Below are positions 51,494-63,180 of a stretch of 64,000 nucleotides of DNA, one piece after another. Each line of letters starts with the position of its first letter. The stretch's first letter is position 1. This stretch comes from Parasitella parasitica NRRL 2501. Lineage: Eukaryota > Fungi > Mucoromycota. Where the stretch lies: the NCBI GenBank assembly GCA_025201805.1, contig MU619247.1, positions 156,103-220,102 of the forward strand, in the 5' to 3' direction. A program made the translations under genes and the position numbers. Under the pieces are notes generated by a model. That model ran no database searches, was not told where the DNA came from, and saw only the letters and a program-made list of their open reading frames with translations.

Positions 51494-51700
51494 CTATTCT
51501 GAACAGCGGTCAATACCCAGTGAGGATTCGATGAATTCCAATGTAGTAGTAGGGACAATGGTCATCAACCGAATCTCATCAAACACGCTACAGATCGTGT
51601 ACAGTCCATTAAAGGCCGGTGTATTACCGCTTGCAGGATGAAGGCGCTTGTTGTATTTGTGGCTATGATCACCCTTCATGATCCTCCCAGGCAGTTTCAA
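51494..51700 (-). mobile_element. Fragment of a putative transposase-like protein (GDHS.K motif)
   Basis: LPGRIMKGDHSHKYNKRL..PAFNGLYTICSVFDEIRLMTIVPT resembles, from memory, the DH[ST]xK..L[FY]T.CNE..EIR segment of repeated fungal transposon-like proteins. No complete ORF. Confidence 0.45.
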
Positions 51701-53080
51701 GACCTGTGGTATTATACCAAGATGGTTAGTGTTTTCGTTAACATTACTGAAAGGATTTTTCCCGTACCAGTGCACTTGTACCAATTTGATCCAACACACC
51801 TTGCACTTTGTCTGATAATTTTTAATCAGGTGCTTTTTGATTGACACCAAACAGAAGCAACTGTGTGCTTTTCGTAAGAAAGCACCTCGTGAAGTTGAAA
51901 TGCGTTGTTGGCAAGCTGTACCAGCGTTTGGAAAGACGTGAGACTAAAGGCCGGTTAATTATTATTACCACCAACGTATACGACATCTCCAAAGACATGA
52001 ACCCTCTGACTTTTTCGTAGCCTAGAAACTACATGTCTCATTCCGTCCTTTTCTGGGTAAAAATGCCATAAGCTTTGGCAGAGGGAGGTCATTGCTGGTT
52101 GTAATACAATAACATTAGCAGAAACTATACAGTCAGGCCAAGGACGGCCCAAATTATTTAAGCTGCACCCAAAAAGGACAACAGGTAAGATGCCCAGACA
52201 TAGTAGCGTCTATTTGTGAAAACTTGAGGTCTAAATGTAGTTTACGGCATTTGTACATTAAACGGCACTTGTGATCTACACATTAGTGGACTTTACTACA
52301 GCTATCTAACCCTAAAATTTATTCTAGTTAAAGATGAAGGTTACCATAAGTTTTGCAAGCTTTTTTTATTACATTAACGTATACAATGAGACACAAAAAT
52401 GATCAGCAAATGGATTTGTATGGTATTTCTCTACTGCCTTTGCTTTGTGCCCCAAAAAAAAAGGGGGCATCCAATGAAAAAAGAGCGAATTATTTCGTGA
52501 TTTAACTCTGCAAGCTGATTTAAGCTTTGTAAAATACATTGCATGCAAAGTTCGAATATATCTAATTGCCTGTATTGATATAAAAAAAAAATCAAAATTA
52601 TTCATAACTTAAGGACGATCCATCGCTCTGTTGAAACAGTGCATTAGAAAAGTTCCACCCATCTTCAGTGACACCTAGCAGTGATTTCAATATTATCATA
52701 TACATATTTGATCCAGCCATTTTGACATTTACTTGATTATTTCTGCAAAACATTCAAAAATAATACCTACACATACAGAGAATACTGGTTGCGGTTGCGA
52801 ATGACTAGCAGCAGCAATGACATGACGCGCTGGGCATCAAGAAGTGTGGGGGTTTGAACATTTTAAGCGAACCCCAGTTGATTTCTACTAACTTCACCCT
52901 GGCTTATTTGAATAACCGAATTAGACTTCTGTGTGAATCATATCAACCTCTCCCGTTAAATGAAAAACGTTTCTTTTCTTTTCTTATTCATTAAATAATT
53001 TCTCATATTCTCTCAAGTAAGTTGTATTATTACCGTCTAATATAAACTACCGAGACTAATTTTTTGGCCTTGGTTTTTAG

Positions 53081-54321
53081 ATGTCTGTCCCTGGTATGTG
53101 TTTTACCTCTGATCCTCGTACCTTTGTTCTGTTGCTTAACCCCACTCTTTTTTTTTTTTTTCTTTCATTCTGAATAGTTGCTTTCAATGATATTGGCAAG
53201 TCCGCCAAGGACCTTTTGTCCAAGGATTACCCCGTTGGTGGTGTCAAGCTCGAAGTCAAGACCACTGCCGCTAACGGTGTTGTAAGTAAATGTGAATATG
53301 TGATTTTGGACACACAAGTCTAACATTTGACCCCGATAACAGACCTTCAAGGTTAACGGTCAACGTGATAACAAGACTGGTATCATCGTTGGTGATCTCG
53401 AAACCAAGTATGCTGACAAGAAGAACGGTCTCACTTTCACTGAAGCCTGGACGACCTCCAACCATCTTAACGGAAAGGTCGAACTTGAGAACAACCTTGC
53501 CAGTAAGCATATATTTCTAATGTGATGAAACAAATGCTAACTACATATCTTTGTTGCAGAGGGTCTCAAGCTCGAACTCTTGACTTCTCTCCTCCCTTCC
53601 GTCAACGAGAAGGCTGCCAAGATCAACGCTACCTACAAGAAGCCTAATGTCCACACTGTCGCCACTCTTGATGTCTTCAAGGTAAGCTTCCCCTTTAAAA
53701 GTGAAATGTTTAAAGTGAAATGGTATCTGAGCGCTTTCGCTGTAGACCAACTTCAGCGTCAACTCTGTTTTTGGTCAACAAGGTTTCCTCGTTGGTGCCG
53801 AAGTCGCCTACAACGTTTTGGATGGCAAGGTACGTGTTTGTTTACTTCCAGGATTACAGACGGTCAGTCTTAAATGTTTTTGCTCATTCTAGATTGGTCG
53901 TTACAACGCTGCTGTCGGTTACACTGCTGCTGAATATGGTGTTGCTGTTCATGCTACCAACAACTTGAGCAACTATGCTGCCTCTTACTACCACCGTGTT
54001 AACAGTGATCTCGAGGCTTCTGGTAAGGCTTCTTGGGACTCCAAGGGCTCTAATGCCGTTGCACTCGAAGTTGGTGCCAAGCTCAAGTTGGATGCCTCTG
54101 CCTTTGTCAAGGCCAAGATCTCCAACTCTGGTGTCCTTGGTCTTGCGTAAGTTTTTATTCGATTTTTATTGCGTGATCTTGGTTTTTCTGAACAGCATTA
54201 TTTTAGTTACACTCAAGCTCTTCGCCCTGGTGTTAAGGTTAACTTTGGTGCCTCCGTTGATACTAGCCGTCTTAACGAAAACGCTCACAAGCTTGGTCTC
54301 TCTTTCACTTTGGAGAACTAA
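53081..54321 (+). CDS. POR1: Mitochondrial outer membrane porin/VDAC, 7 coding exons plus a 5'UTR intron
   Basis: MSVPVAFNDIGKSAKDLLSKDYP, GDLETKY, ASYYHRVN, FVKAKISNSG, HKLGLSFTLEN; intron 53017-53080 ends directly before the ATG. Confidence 0.95.
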
Positions 54322-55043
54322 ATTATTTATTGTTAATCAAGTTTAATCGTCAAGCACAAAAAAAAAAAAATTCAGGAAAACACATCTACAAAATCGAAAA
54401 AGAAATATTGAGGAGAGAAGGATATTGTCACATAATTAATCTTAAATCCATTCTTCTCTTCTCTTGACTCTTCTTTTGTAAACAAATAATTACAAGTATA
54501 TTTTTACAACCAAACTATATTAAAAAAATTTGCGCTGCAAACTTGAAAAGCATGTATTTTTGATTCGAAAGATTACATCTTTTGACACATTTTTCCGAGC
54601 AGGTCTCGATAAAATGGGAATGGATAAAGTAATGAGTAACCCTGGTACCATGCTACAGAGCCATGATTAACCTAGACACTGACCTTTGTCGATTTCCATC
54701 CACCCTTGCCCAACATAAAAGCCCATTTTTGATAAAATTGAAGACGATAAGCATCACACTAACACACCAAGGAACTCTCAGACTTTATCGAAGAGCAATC
54801 AACCTGATGAAGATTTTTGTCTTCTAAGGTCATTCTTTCACTAAAAGCATCCAAACGAAAACGCTATGTATTTTGTTGAACGGCATTTGCATGAAACTAC
54901 TTCTAGAAGAGTATTTAGTCATGAATGGGTTCAACGTTACGGATACTGACTTACTTCCAAGTCAAAGAATTGACCAGGATTAAATCGAGAACCAAAAATA
55001 CAAATGCTTTATTTTGCTATGAATACAAATAATTTTAAAAATT

Positions 55044-56531
55044 CTATTCTTGTAATAAGTCTACGTTGACGCTCTTCAACGCATTGACAGCCCATTGAGG
55101 GTATTTCTTTCTATCTCCACCAAAGTAATTGTGGAAAAACTTCTTGATCCAAGCAGGGAACTCGTCCTTTTCAATAGCATTTCTCATGTCACGCATTAAT
55201 CTAAGCTGGAATGCAACGTTGTGGTTGGAAACAAGATGACAACCCACCGTATCCTTGCTTGATACATTCAAATGTACAAATGACCTTGTATATTCTCTGC
55301 AGGTTGAACAATCGCATCCCTCTTCAATAGGTCCAAAATCGGTTGCGTACTTGCCAGATTTCAATGAGACTGTGCCGTTCATAGTCAAAGCATTGCCAAA
55401 TCTCTTTTCGCACGCACGTTAGCATTAGTTTCCGTCATTTTAAATTATACTTACAGCCGTTCTGGTAGGGAATACACAATCAAACATATCAACACCCAAG
55501 GCAACACATACGACTAAATCTTCAGCGTACCTGTACAAATTGAGTACGATTAGCGTCTGACCATGGCTTCAATAATAGTAGCCTATATTACCCCACACCC
55601 ATACAGTAGATTGGCTTGTTTTTTGGTAATAGATCCGTACATAATGTTACACTATAGATACGCAAAAAATGTCAATCCAATGTCTTGCAATTGACAGCAG
55701 TATTTTACATTTTCCAGAACACATCCTTTTCTTCTCCACCACTTAACCCACCAACGGCATAACCTGGAGTATCACGCTTAACCATTTCGTCGACACACTT
55801 CTTTCGAAGATCAATATTCAGGCCGCCTTGGATAATAGCAAACAAGTTTTGTGTATCCTTTTTTTTGTGTGCCTCAATGCATCTGTCAAGCCAACGAATT
55901 GATCTCCACATGGCTTCTTCTACACGAGGTCCAGTTGTCAATGAAGAAATAACGTCATCTAGCTGCATCATGATATCTGCGCCAATACTATTCTGAAGTG
56001 CCATCGAATGTTCAGGTGTCAACATCATGAGTGAACCATCGTGAGGGGATTCAAATTGGACACCATCTTCAGTGATCTTGGCTAATTTCAACAAGCTGAC
56101 CTATGTATGGTTGGAAATGTAAATATAAAATTATGTATAATAGCTTGTCTTGTTTCTTCTACCATTTGAAATCCACCGCTGTCAGTAAGAAGATTTCCTT
56201 GCCAGTTTTGAAAATTGTGAGAGCCTCCTACTTGATCTAGGATCTCTTGGCCTGGCTTGAGGCCCTAGAAACAAAAATAAAAGCCCGTGTATTAGTGTGA
56301 TATTCAATAAAACTAGCTGTGAAGATTTACAAGATGGTATGTGTTGTTCAACATAATTTGACAGTTCATATTTTGAATCTGCTTTGGAGTAAATCCCTTT
56401 AAGGTACCTTGAGTACCAACTGGCATAAAGACAGGCGTATCGACTAGCCCATGAGGTAAGGTTAGAACAGAAACTCTAGCTTTGGTAGTGGAGCAAGTAG
56501 CAATAGTTTTGAAGGTCAAAGCGCTTTTCAT
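55044..56531 (-). CDS. QTRT1: Queuine tRNA-ribosyltransferase catalytic subunit (TGT), multi-exon
   Basis: [51 protein letters not shown], Zn site CDCSTC..HN. Confidence 0.96.
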
Positions 56532-56558
56532 GTTGTCAGGTGTGTGGTGAGGAGGCAC

Positions 56559-56570
56559 TGAAAATTTTTT
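56559..56570. promoter_or_regulatory. RRPE-like element upstream of QTRT1
   Basis: TGAAAATTTTTT about 30 bp upstream of the ATG; PAC-like GAGATGAG at 56722-56729. Confidence 0.35.
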
Positions 56571-56834
56571 TTCCTTGACAAAAAGAATCAGTTTCAAGCA
56601 CACAAAAGTGGTTTGTGTTTAAAAATCAGAAAAAAAAAAAAAGATGCCGAAATAGTAGATATTAGCACTGCTATTGCTAGGGGATTGTATTAAATTGTGC
56701 CAACTATTTGAAAGAAGCATAGAGATGAGGCAGAACAGATCATCAAGAAAAAGTGATGTTAAAATCTCATACAGTCAAGTTTACAAGATCTGGCCTCAGT
56801 TAGACCCCGGTTTTGTGTGTTGAAGTCTATTTAG

Positions 56835-57125
56835 CTTTGATGGAATCTCTTCGTGTGGCTATTATCCGGAACTATAATTGGAATTGCAACAATTGAATGC
56901 TCAAGCTATCGAGGTTCTTCTTCAACAACGTTTGGCGCCTACTTTGACCAACAAAAGGCATCGCAAAAATCAGCTTCGCTATCTTACATGAACGCAACAA
57001 CATGCAGTTTCTTGCACCCGGCGTTCTTTGTAAACTACCTGGTCGACATGAGGCACACTGATCACCTAGCTGGCAACTCTCAAGGCTATACGTGCTACCA
57101 GTGCCCGACTCGCGTTTTGAGGCGT
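56835..57125 (+). mobile_element. Decayed DIRS-type retrotransposon relic (end of RT/RH ORF and start of tyrosine recombinase)
   Basis: WNLFVWLLSG (cf. L.AW.LSG), then in another frame LNAQAIEVLLQQ..TNKRHRKNQLRYLT*..FVNYLVDM..LATLKAIRA, resembling the YR core-binding domain; stops and frameshifts present. Confidence 0.5.
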
Positions 57126-57421
57126 TAAATAAACAGGATCGTCCAGTTGCACTTCTCATTGTCAGGCTCCAACTTTTTTTGTTTAACTCAACATATTTAT
57201 CAATCATTTAATGTTTTTGATGCAACGGAAATGCTATTTGTTAAATAATGCATCTTTGCTTATGATACGAAAATAAGGGCATCAAGATCAAGATGTTTTT
57301 GATAAAAAAGCAAGTAGAGTAGACATGGCGAGTGTTTATTATTGAATCATTCATATATATACTTATATAAATGAAAATGGGTATACTATCTTTGCGTTCT
57401 AATCAGTCATTGCTTGATTGA

Positions 57422-58979
57422 TTAGTAAATTGAATCTGCTTTGAATTTGCTCGTTACATTTGCTATAAAATGACCAATTTTCGGTAACGTTATTTGCAAT
57501 TCACTCCAACTATCGGGCCAAACAGCAACCACTCGCTCTTGCTCAATAAACTTCTTTGCATATTTTCGGCTTTTTACATATGCAAGAGAGAATGCAAATA
57601 AAAAACTATCATCATGTTCAGGAAGCCTATCATTGTTAATGGTGGACAGTAACGCCTCATCTGGATGGTTCTTGATTGTGCTGTTGTTCACGCTTGTATC
57701 AATTTTTTCGTCATCTTCCATTAAACAAAGTAATCGATCTGCAAGTTCCTCTTCTTCTGCCTCTACTTGTTCTACTTTTGCTTCTTCTACTTCTGCTTCT
57801 TGTTTTATAGTTATCCAGCCCTCAATTTCCTGCTCATCCATCAATGTGCACCAGGCAAAAATAAGGTTGCCCTCTAACCAACTGTCATTCACCCAAAATA
57901 AAACCGCCTCCTTGGCTACTTCTTTGCATACTTTAGCTATATTGCCATATTTTGCCACTATGATTTCTGTCAAGTATAGCTCATTTTTGAAACTAAAAAC
58001 TTACATTGAGCATTTATGCCGTATTCCCATTTTTCGTGCAACTCAGTCTCCCTCAATATAGTCTGGAGAGCAGTATCTGTCAACCCCTCTTTTTTCAAGC
58101 GCTTAGCTTCTGGTTTCGACGCTTTTTTAACAATAGGTTGTGTTTTGGATGTAGATGTAGGAATAACGAATTTGAATTTGGAGAGTGGTGGTAGTTTTGA
58201 GCTGTTGCTTTTTTCGGTTGGTGTTAAGTTTGTAAATGAGAGATCAATTATTGGAGGAGATGATGGTGGATGAAGGGGTTCCTGTGTCGAAAAGCTAGAT
58301 GTGACACTCTCCGCAGCATCATCATCGTTGAAATGCAATATGTCGTTATCCATCGTTTCAGTAATAGGCGATACTAGATTGGAGACCAGTGAGTTGACAC
58401 TGTCTTCCATACTAAAATTTTGAATTTGGCTGTTATCGTTAAATTCAAGATCTCCAATTGGAAATGCAGGTTGCGAAATATCAGAGAAGTTAGATACGAT
58501 GCTGTCGGGTTGAGTGGCATTTCTACTGATGCCATCGTCCAAATCGAACAAAAATGGTGTTGCTAGATCTGAATCACCAATCTCTGATATTGCTTCGGAC
58601 CATGCATAGCTATCTTGAGTATTAAGGGTCGATTCTTGTGTATTTACTGAGACTCTTTCGACTCCATCTATTGTAGCAATGCTTCTTTGAGAGCGATCAA
58701 AAGAAGACGTGAAGGAATCAAAACCTTGAAAATCTTGATCGTATGTGGATGTCTTTTTTATTTTGCTGGTATGTTCCTTTCTAGTCTGACATCGAGTTGA
58801 GTACTCAGAGACGGCTATCAAGGTAATTAGCAAAATACCTGCGAGAAGAAATCTAAAATACTCGAGTTTTGTGAACCTAAAAGTTTAGCTGAGTCCTTTT
58901 TTCTTTTGTTCTACAGAATGAAATATTAGGATAAAGCCTGGCTAGTGTATATTAGGATCTTTACATTTCTTTTAGCCAT
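57422..58979 (-). CDS. Uncharacterised protein: basic N-terminus, PIP-like motif, long acidic S/D-rich region, folded-looking C-terminus; 4 exons
   Basis: Spliced model MAKRN|NKRKKDSAKLLGSQNSSILDFFSQ|TRKEHT...INAQ|LAKYG...ADSIY; canonical GT-AG introns join the two long ORFs (57970-58833, 57422-57973) in frame. Confidence 0.75.
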
Positions 58980-59089
58980 AAAAAAAAAGGGTTGAAATGG
59001 GAAAACGCGATAAAGAGATGCGTCTTAAATTCACGCTGCATCTGAAAAATGTGCATCGTTTATTTACTGTGCAAACCACAATGTGCTAT

Positions 59090-61130
59090 TTAAAAATCAA
59101 ACTGGCCGCGAAAAGTGTCTAGGTTGCGATAAGCGCATTGAGCTGCAAGATCTTCACGACTCATCCTGTATTATAAATAGGTTTGATCGCTATTCCCTAG
59201 TAAATTTGATGCAGTAACTTACATGTACATTAACAAGCGTAAACAATCCCAAATACCGTCGCTGGTTTCAGCATAGATTCCGCTCTCAAACGCTCGAGCA
59301 GCTGAAGCAGCAGAAGGCGCTGCTGCACGCTGAAGATCGAGTGCCGTTAGCAAGTGCTCCGCTGCTTCTTGATGCTGCCCCATATTCATACAACTGATTG
59401 CTAGATTGTATCTGGCACGCACAAAAGATGGATTAATCTGCAGGGCGTTAAAATACATCTCCACAGCACCCATGCTATCACGAGAACTGGCTAGCGTGGC
59501 GCCTACTTTATTCCATAATTGATAGTCGAGAGGTCTGCTTATCAAAGCTGCTCTAAAACAATCCACGGCCTTGTCGTACTCCTCAGACATGTTGAACAAG
59601 ACGCCCAACCCAACCTGTACATCTGCATCCATTCCTTCGCCAGGAGCTGTGCGAGCTGCCTCTAAAAATAATTGAGTGATATATTTGTGTCTCTTTGATT
59701 GGTCTGCATAATTTTGGCCTAGCTTTTCCTGCAGAATATGCTTATACTTGGGACTATTGGCAATCCACTGTTCCAAGCAATTGTAAGCATCCATACGACA
59801 ATGCTCGTTGGTATAACTAACAGCAAGCGCTAACCAAGCATCGAGACAGTTGGCATCTATGGAAACTGCTTTTTCTAGTGCCGTAATGGCGGCAGCATCC
59901 CGTTCGTTTTCTTGTTGCTTTAAACCAAGCTGTTCCCAAGTCTTTGCATCCTCCGGTTCGAGTTGTGTCACTGCTTCCAAAGCTATAATCGCATCGGCCA
60001 GAGAGGAATGTATCGCATTATCAATAGCATCCTGACAATGCAAATAAGGATTATCTGCCATATAATTGTATTTCCCGTATTCTGGGTGAATGGCGCGATA
60101 TCCATACGGTTTGCCGTCAGGCTCTAGTCGATCCCACTCTTTTGGATAGATTTCCTCCTCAGACTTCAATTCGGATTGCTTGCTATCAATGCTTTTCTGG
60201 TATCTCTGAACCCAATCATCCTCATTTTCTAAACTTCTGGATACAGATTTCATTGCTTGAGCTGTCAAATCGTGATATTTACTAAATTCTTCTGACCAGT
60301 CTTTTACATCAAACAATTGAGAGGAAAAGCTTCTCGGTATAGGACGTGTTGGCCTCGTTGGCTTTTGTTGATGCTGTAACCGTTGCTTATTCTCATTTGC
60401 TTCCCATATTTCGTGATCAGCAAATTCCTTTTCCCAATCTTGATGCAGCTCGGAACCATCGTCTACCTGTTCAAATGCACGCTGGAATGCCATTTGCTCT
60501 TCATCAGAAGAGGGCGGGGATGATCTTGGCATACTGGAAAATTCATTTGTCCAATTTGCATGAATTACAGGTGATCTACTGCTATGTCTCTGATAAATTG
60601 ACTCGAATTCTTCCTTTAAATGGGGCATTGGTGAAGCAGTTGCTTGGCGACTGCCGCCTATAATAAATTCTCGGGCCCAATCCTCTTTGGAGGGTTGAAA
60701 GCTATCCGTATACAGAGTAGCCACATTACTTCTATCAATTGGCTCATTTTGGAAAAACTCATTTGCAAGCTAGACCGAAATGTTATTAAGGTAACTAATA
60801 TTACATGTGTGTAACTTTACGTTGTCACTGCCTGAAACAGTACTCTGTGTGTATGGGCTTCGAAAATTGAAAGCAACCTATGCAAAAAAGTGTTGATTCG
60901 TAAAGAAGAACAAAGGTTTATTTTCTGCTGTTGTTACCTTCGTGCTTTCGCCTTTTTGAAGAAAACGTTCCTATTAAAATCAGTGTGAATAGAATTGCGT
61001 TTATGCAAAAACACAGGAAGACACTTGCCTGTTGTAGACTTGTATCTTGATTAGATTGCCTCAGCAGTTTATTTAACCCATTGTCAGGACCGCAATTTGA
61101 ATTAATTCTAGTTAGCTTTGAAAATGCCAT
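59090..61130 (-). CDS. PEX5: PTS1 receptor PEX5 (TPR), 5 exons, first intron GC-AG
   Basis: N-terminal CGP.N.L cysteine motif; WxxxF/Y repeats (WAREF, WTNEF, WEKEF, WSEEF, WVQRY); QQENERD..AI.AL, LAVSYTNE, DVQVGLGVLF, LWNKVGATLA, FVRARYNLAISC; last exon MSREDLAAQ..FRGQFDF. Confidence 0.93.
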
Positions 61131-62222
61131 GAGTCTCTATAAAAATAATATACTGAAAGAAAAAGCTGGAAAATATTGAAAAACCTTGTGTGCTGGATAA
61201 TTTATAAACCCTTGGGTTTGAAACCTTTCAAATTTTTCATTTTCAAAAGAAACAAAGGGACAGACTGAAGCCAATTGATCTTTTTTTAATCATTTTGAAT
61301 TCTTCCTTGGACAACATGAACCATGTATGAAGTCTTTTTGATTTTTTTTTTTTTTTTTTTTTTTTNNNNNNNNNNCTTGAGAAACACAAGATATATAGCT
61401 GTTTAGACAGTTTGATTAGTCGTATTTGTGGCAAACTTGCTTTATAACTTGATCTGATACGGATCTTTCCAGATCAAATTCAATTCTAAATATATACTAC
61501 TTCGCATGTAAAAGGCTTATGTAATGTAAATTCATTTTGGCATGTTTTTGATTTTACACTAGCTTTTATTGTATAATATACTTTATAGAAAAATGAATTT
61601 AATAGTAGATATTGAAATCTGTAGATCCAAATGGATTTTTGGTATTGTTACGAGTAATCTCTGCTTTTGGTTATTTGAACCAAGTTGATTAAAATCAAAT
61701 CCATTTGTGATGAGACATACGTGGAAATCGACATATTCTTGCATCAATTCATCTGATCCAGCTTCTGAAAGCAAAAACCAAGCAACTGCATTACCAGCAA
61801 TGGCAATGCCACTGAAAACTAGAGATGATCCATAGTAGCCGCCCATCACTACCTCCTGAGGCAAAAAGGCAATCTGCTCACTGTTATTCCTACCTTACTA
61901 ACGGTGGCAGCGATACGACAGCAGACATCTCCCAATGTGGTATTGAAAAGTTCCGTCGCGGTCGGCTCCACAACTGAGCCCAGGCCATATTCTCCCTAGG
62001 CTAAAGAAAATAATGCCATACACGTATATCGAAATGCCATGTAATGTGAATTATTACACTGCTGCCTCCTTAGGTGCTCTGCACGGTTTATTGAGGAATT
62101 ATTGTAAAATTGTTGGATGAAGGATGTGGCAATATCCAGATTTTGTTCGAGTTCCAATGTATCTTTCGAAGGGTCTTTATATCCCTTCAATTTCATCTTG
62201 AACCGCAGTTTATTTATAGGGA

Positions 62223-63180
62223 CTAGCTGGCCTGCTCGCTTCGGTCACGACGGCCATCGTCGCCCTACCGGGAGCTCAATCTTTTGATAAGTGCTAATCA
62301 GATATTCAATGCTCTTTTATTGTTGTTTATCTATAACTTAATATATATTGTTAGACAGAAATAAAAATATAGATGTAGTAACGCACAATAGGAAAAAAAC
62401 ATAAAAATCAGTAGAGTCATTTAAATACTTCATGGAATACAATATTATCGGTGTATGATCCAGTATAGTTTTTGGTAGTTGAGGTATTTCTATGTAGAAG
62501 AATTTTCATTGAAGACAACTGCTTAATGCGCGAGAAAGCAACATATAACTGGCCATGTGAGAAAAAGACCAAGAAAGTCGAGTGTTGAGCCTTGATGGTC
62601 ATTGTGAATACCGGTCTAACAGAAAATTAGCAATCAACAGCACAAAGAGAAATCGGGTTTGCACTGGTGCCTCCATTTTTCTCTATGCCCACATGCGTGC
62701 TTGACAATGATGACAGATGCTGTTCCTTCCACCAAGATCATGGTGTTCGGTGAAAGAGGGTATACTTCTTTTAGCCATTTTATGAGTATTGTTATGTATT
62801 GATTTGGCACATAATCTACTGGTAGATCGCAAATGACTTTCTTTTCCACAGCTTGAACAAACACGTCTGCTGGTTGTTGCATCATTAACGCTGATTTTTT
62901 CTGTTTGCTGATCTACTTTCATAGTTTCAGATTGAGATCCCAGTTTATACAAAGAGTTCGATTATGATTGTAAAGTGAAAACAAATTTGAGTCATACGAT
63001 TAGCAATGTTGTTAGCGCAATGGCGATAAGAAGATCGATAATGGCCTATAACACCACAGCTTCCGCAAATGTTAGTATTAGCACGGGTGTTATTGAGGCA
63101 AAGCCTGCTTGCAGAACGTGAATGGCCTTCTTGACCACAGCTTGAGCAGATTCTAATAGCAGGCGCTCTGTGTTCGTAGT
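62223..63180 (-). mobile_element. Internally deleted, non-autonomous Helitron with intact 3' terminus; 5' limit not defined
   Basis: Two CSSCGxExH zinc knuckles and DLGG..ICHHCQARMW..DFSLCC (RepHel N-terminus) fused at ~62635 to Pif1-helicase tail VRPVFTMTIKAQ..FSHGQLYVAFSR..TDNIVFHEVF; then a GC-rich hairpin region and CTAG followed by T (62226-62222). Confidence 0.85.

Noticed and set aside
61583-62200. Minus-strand ORF pieces (GIAIAGNAVAWFLLSE) faintly like a MULE transposase
   Set aside because: No catalytic motif recognisable with confidence.
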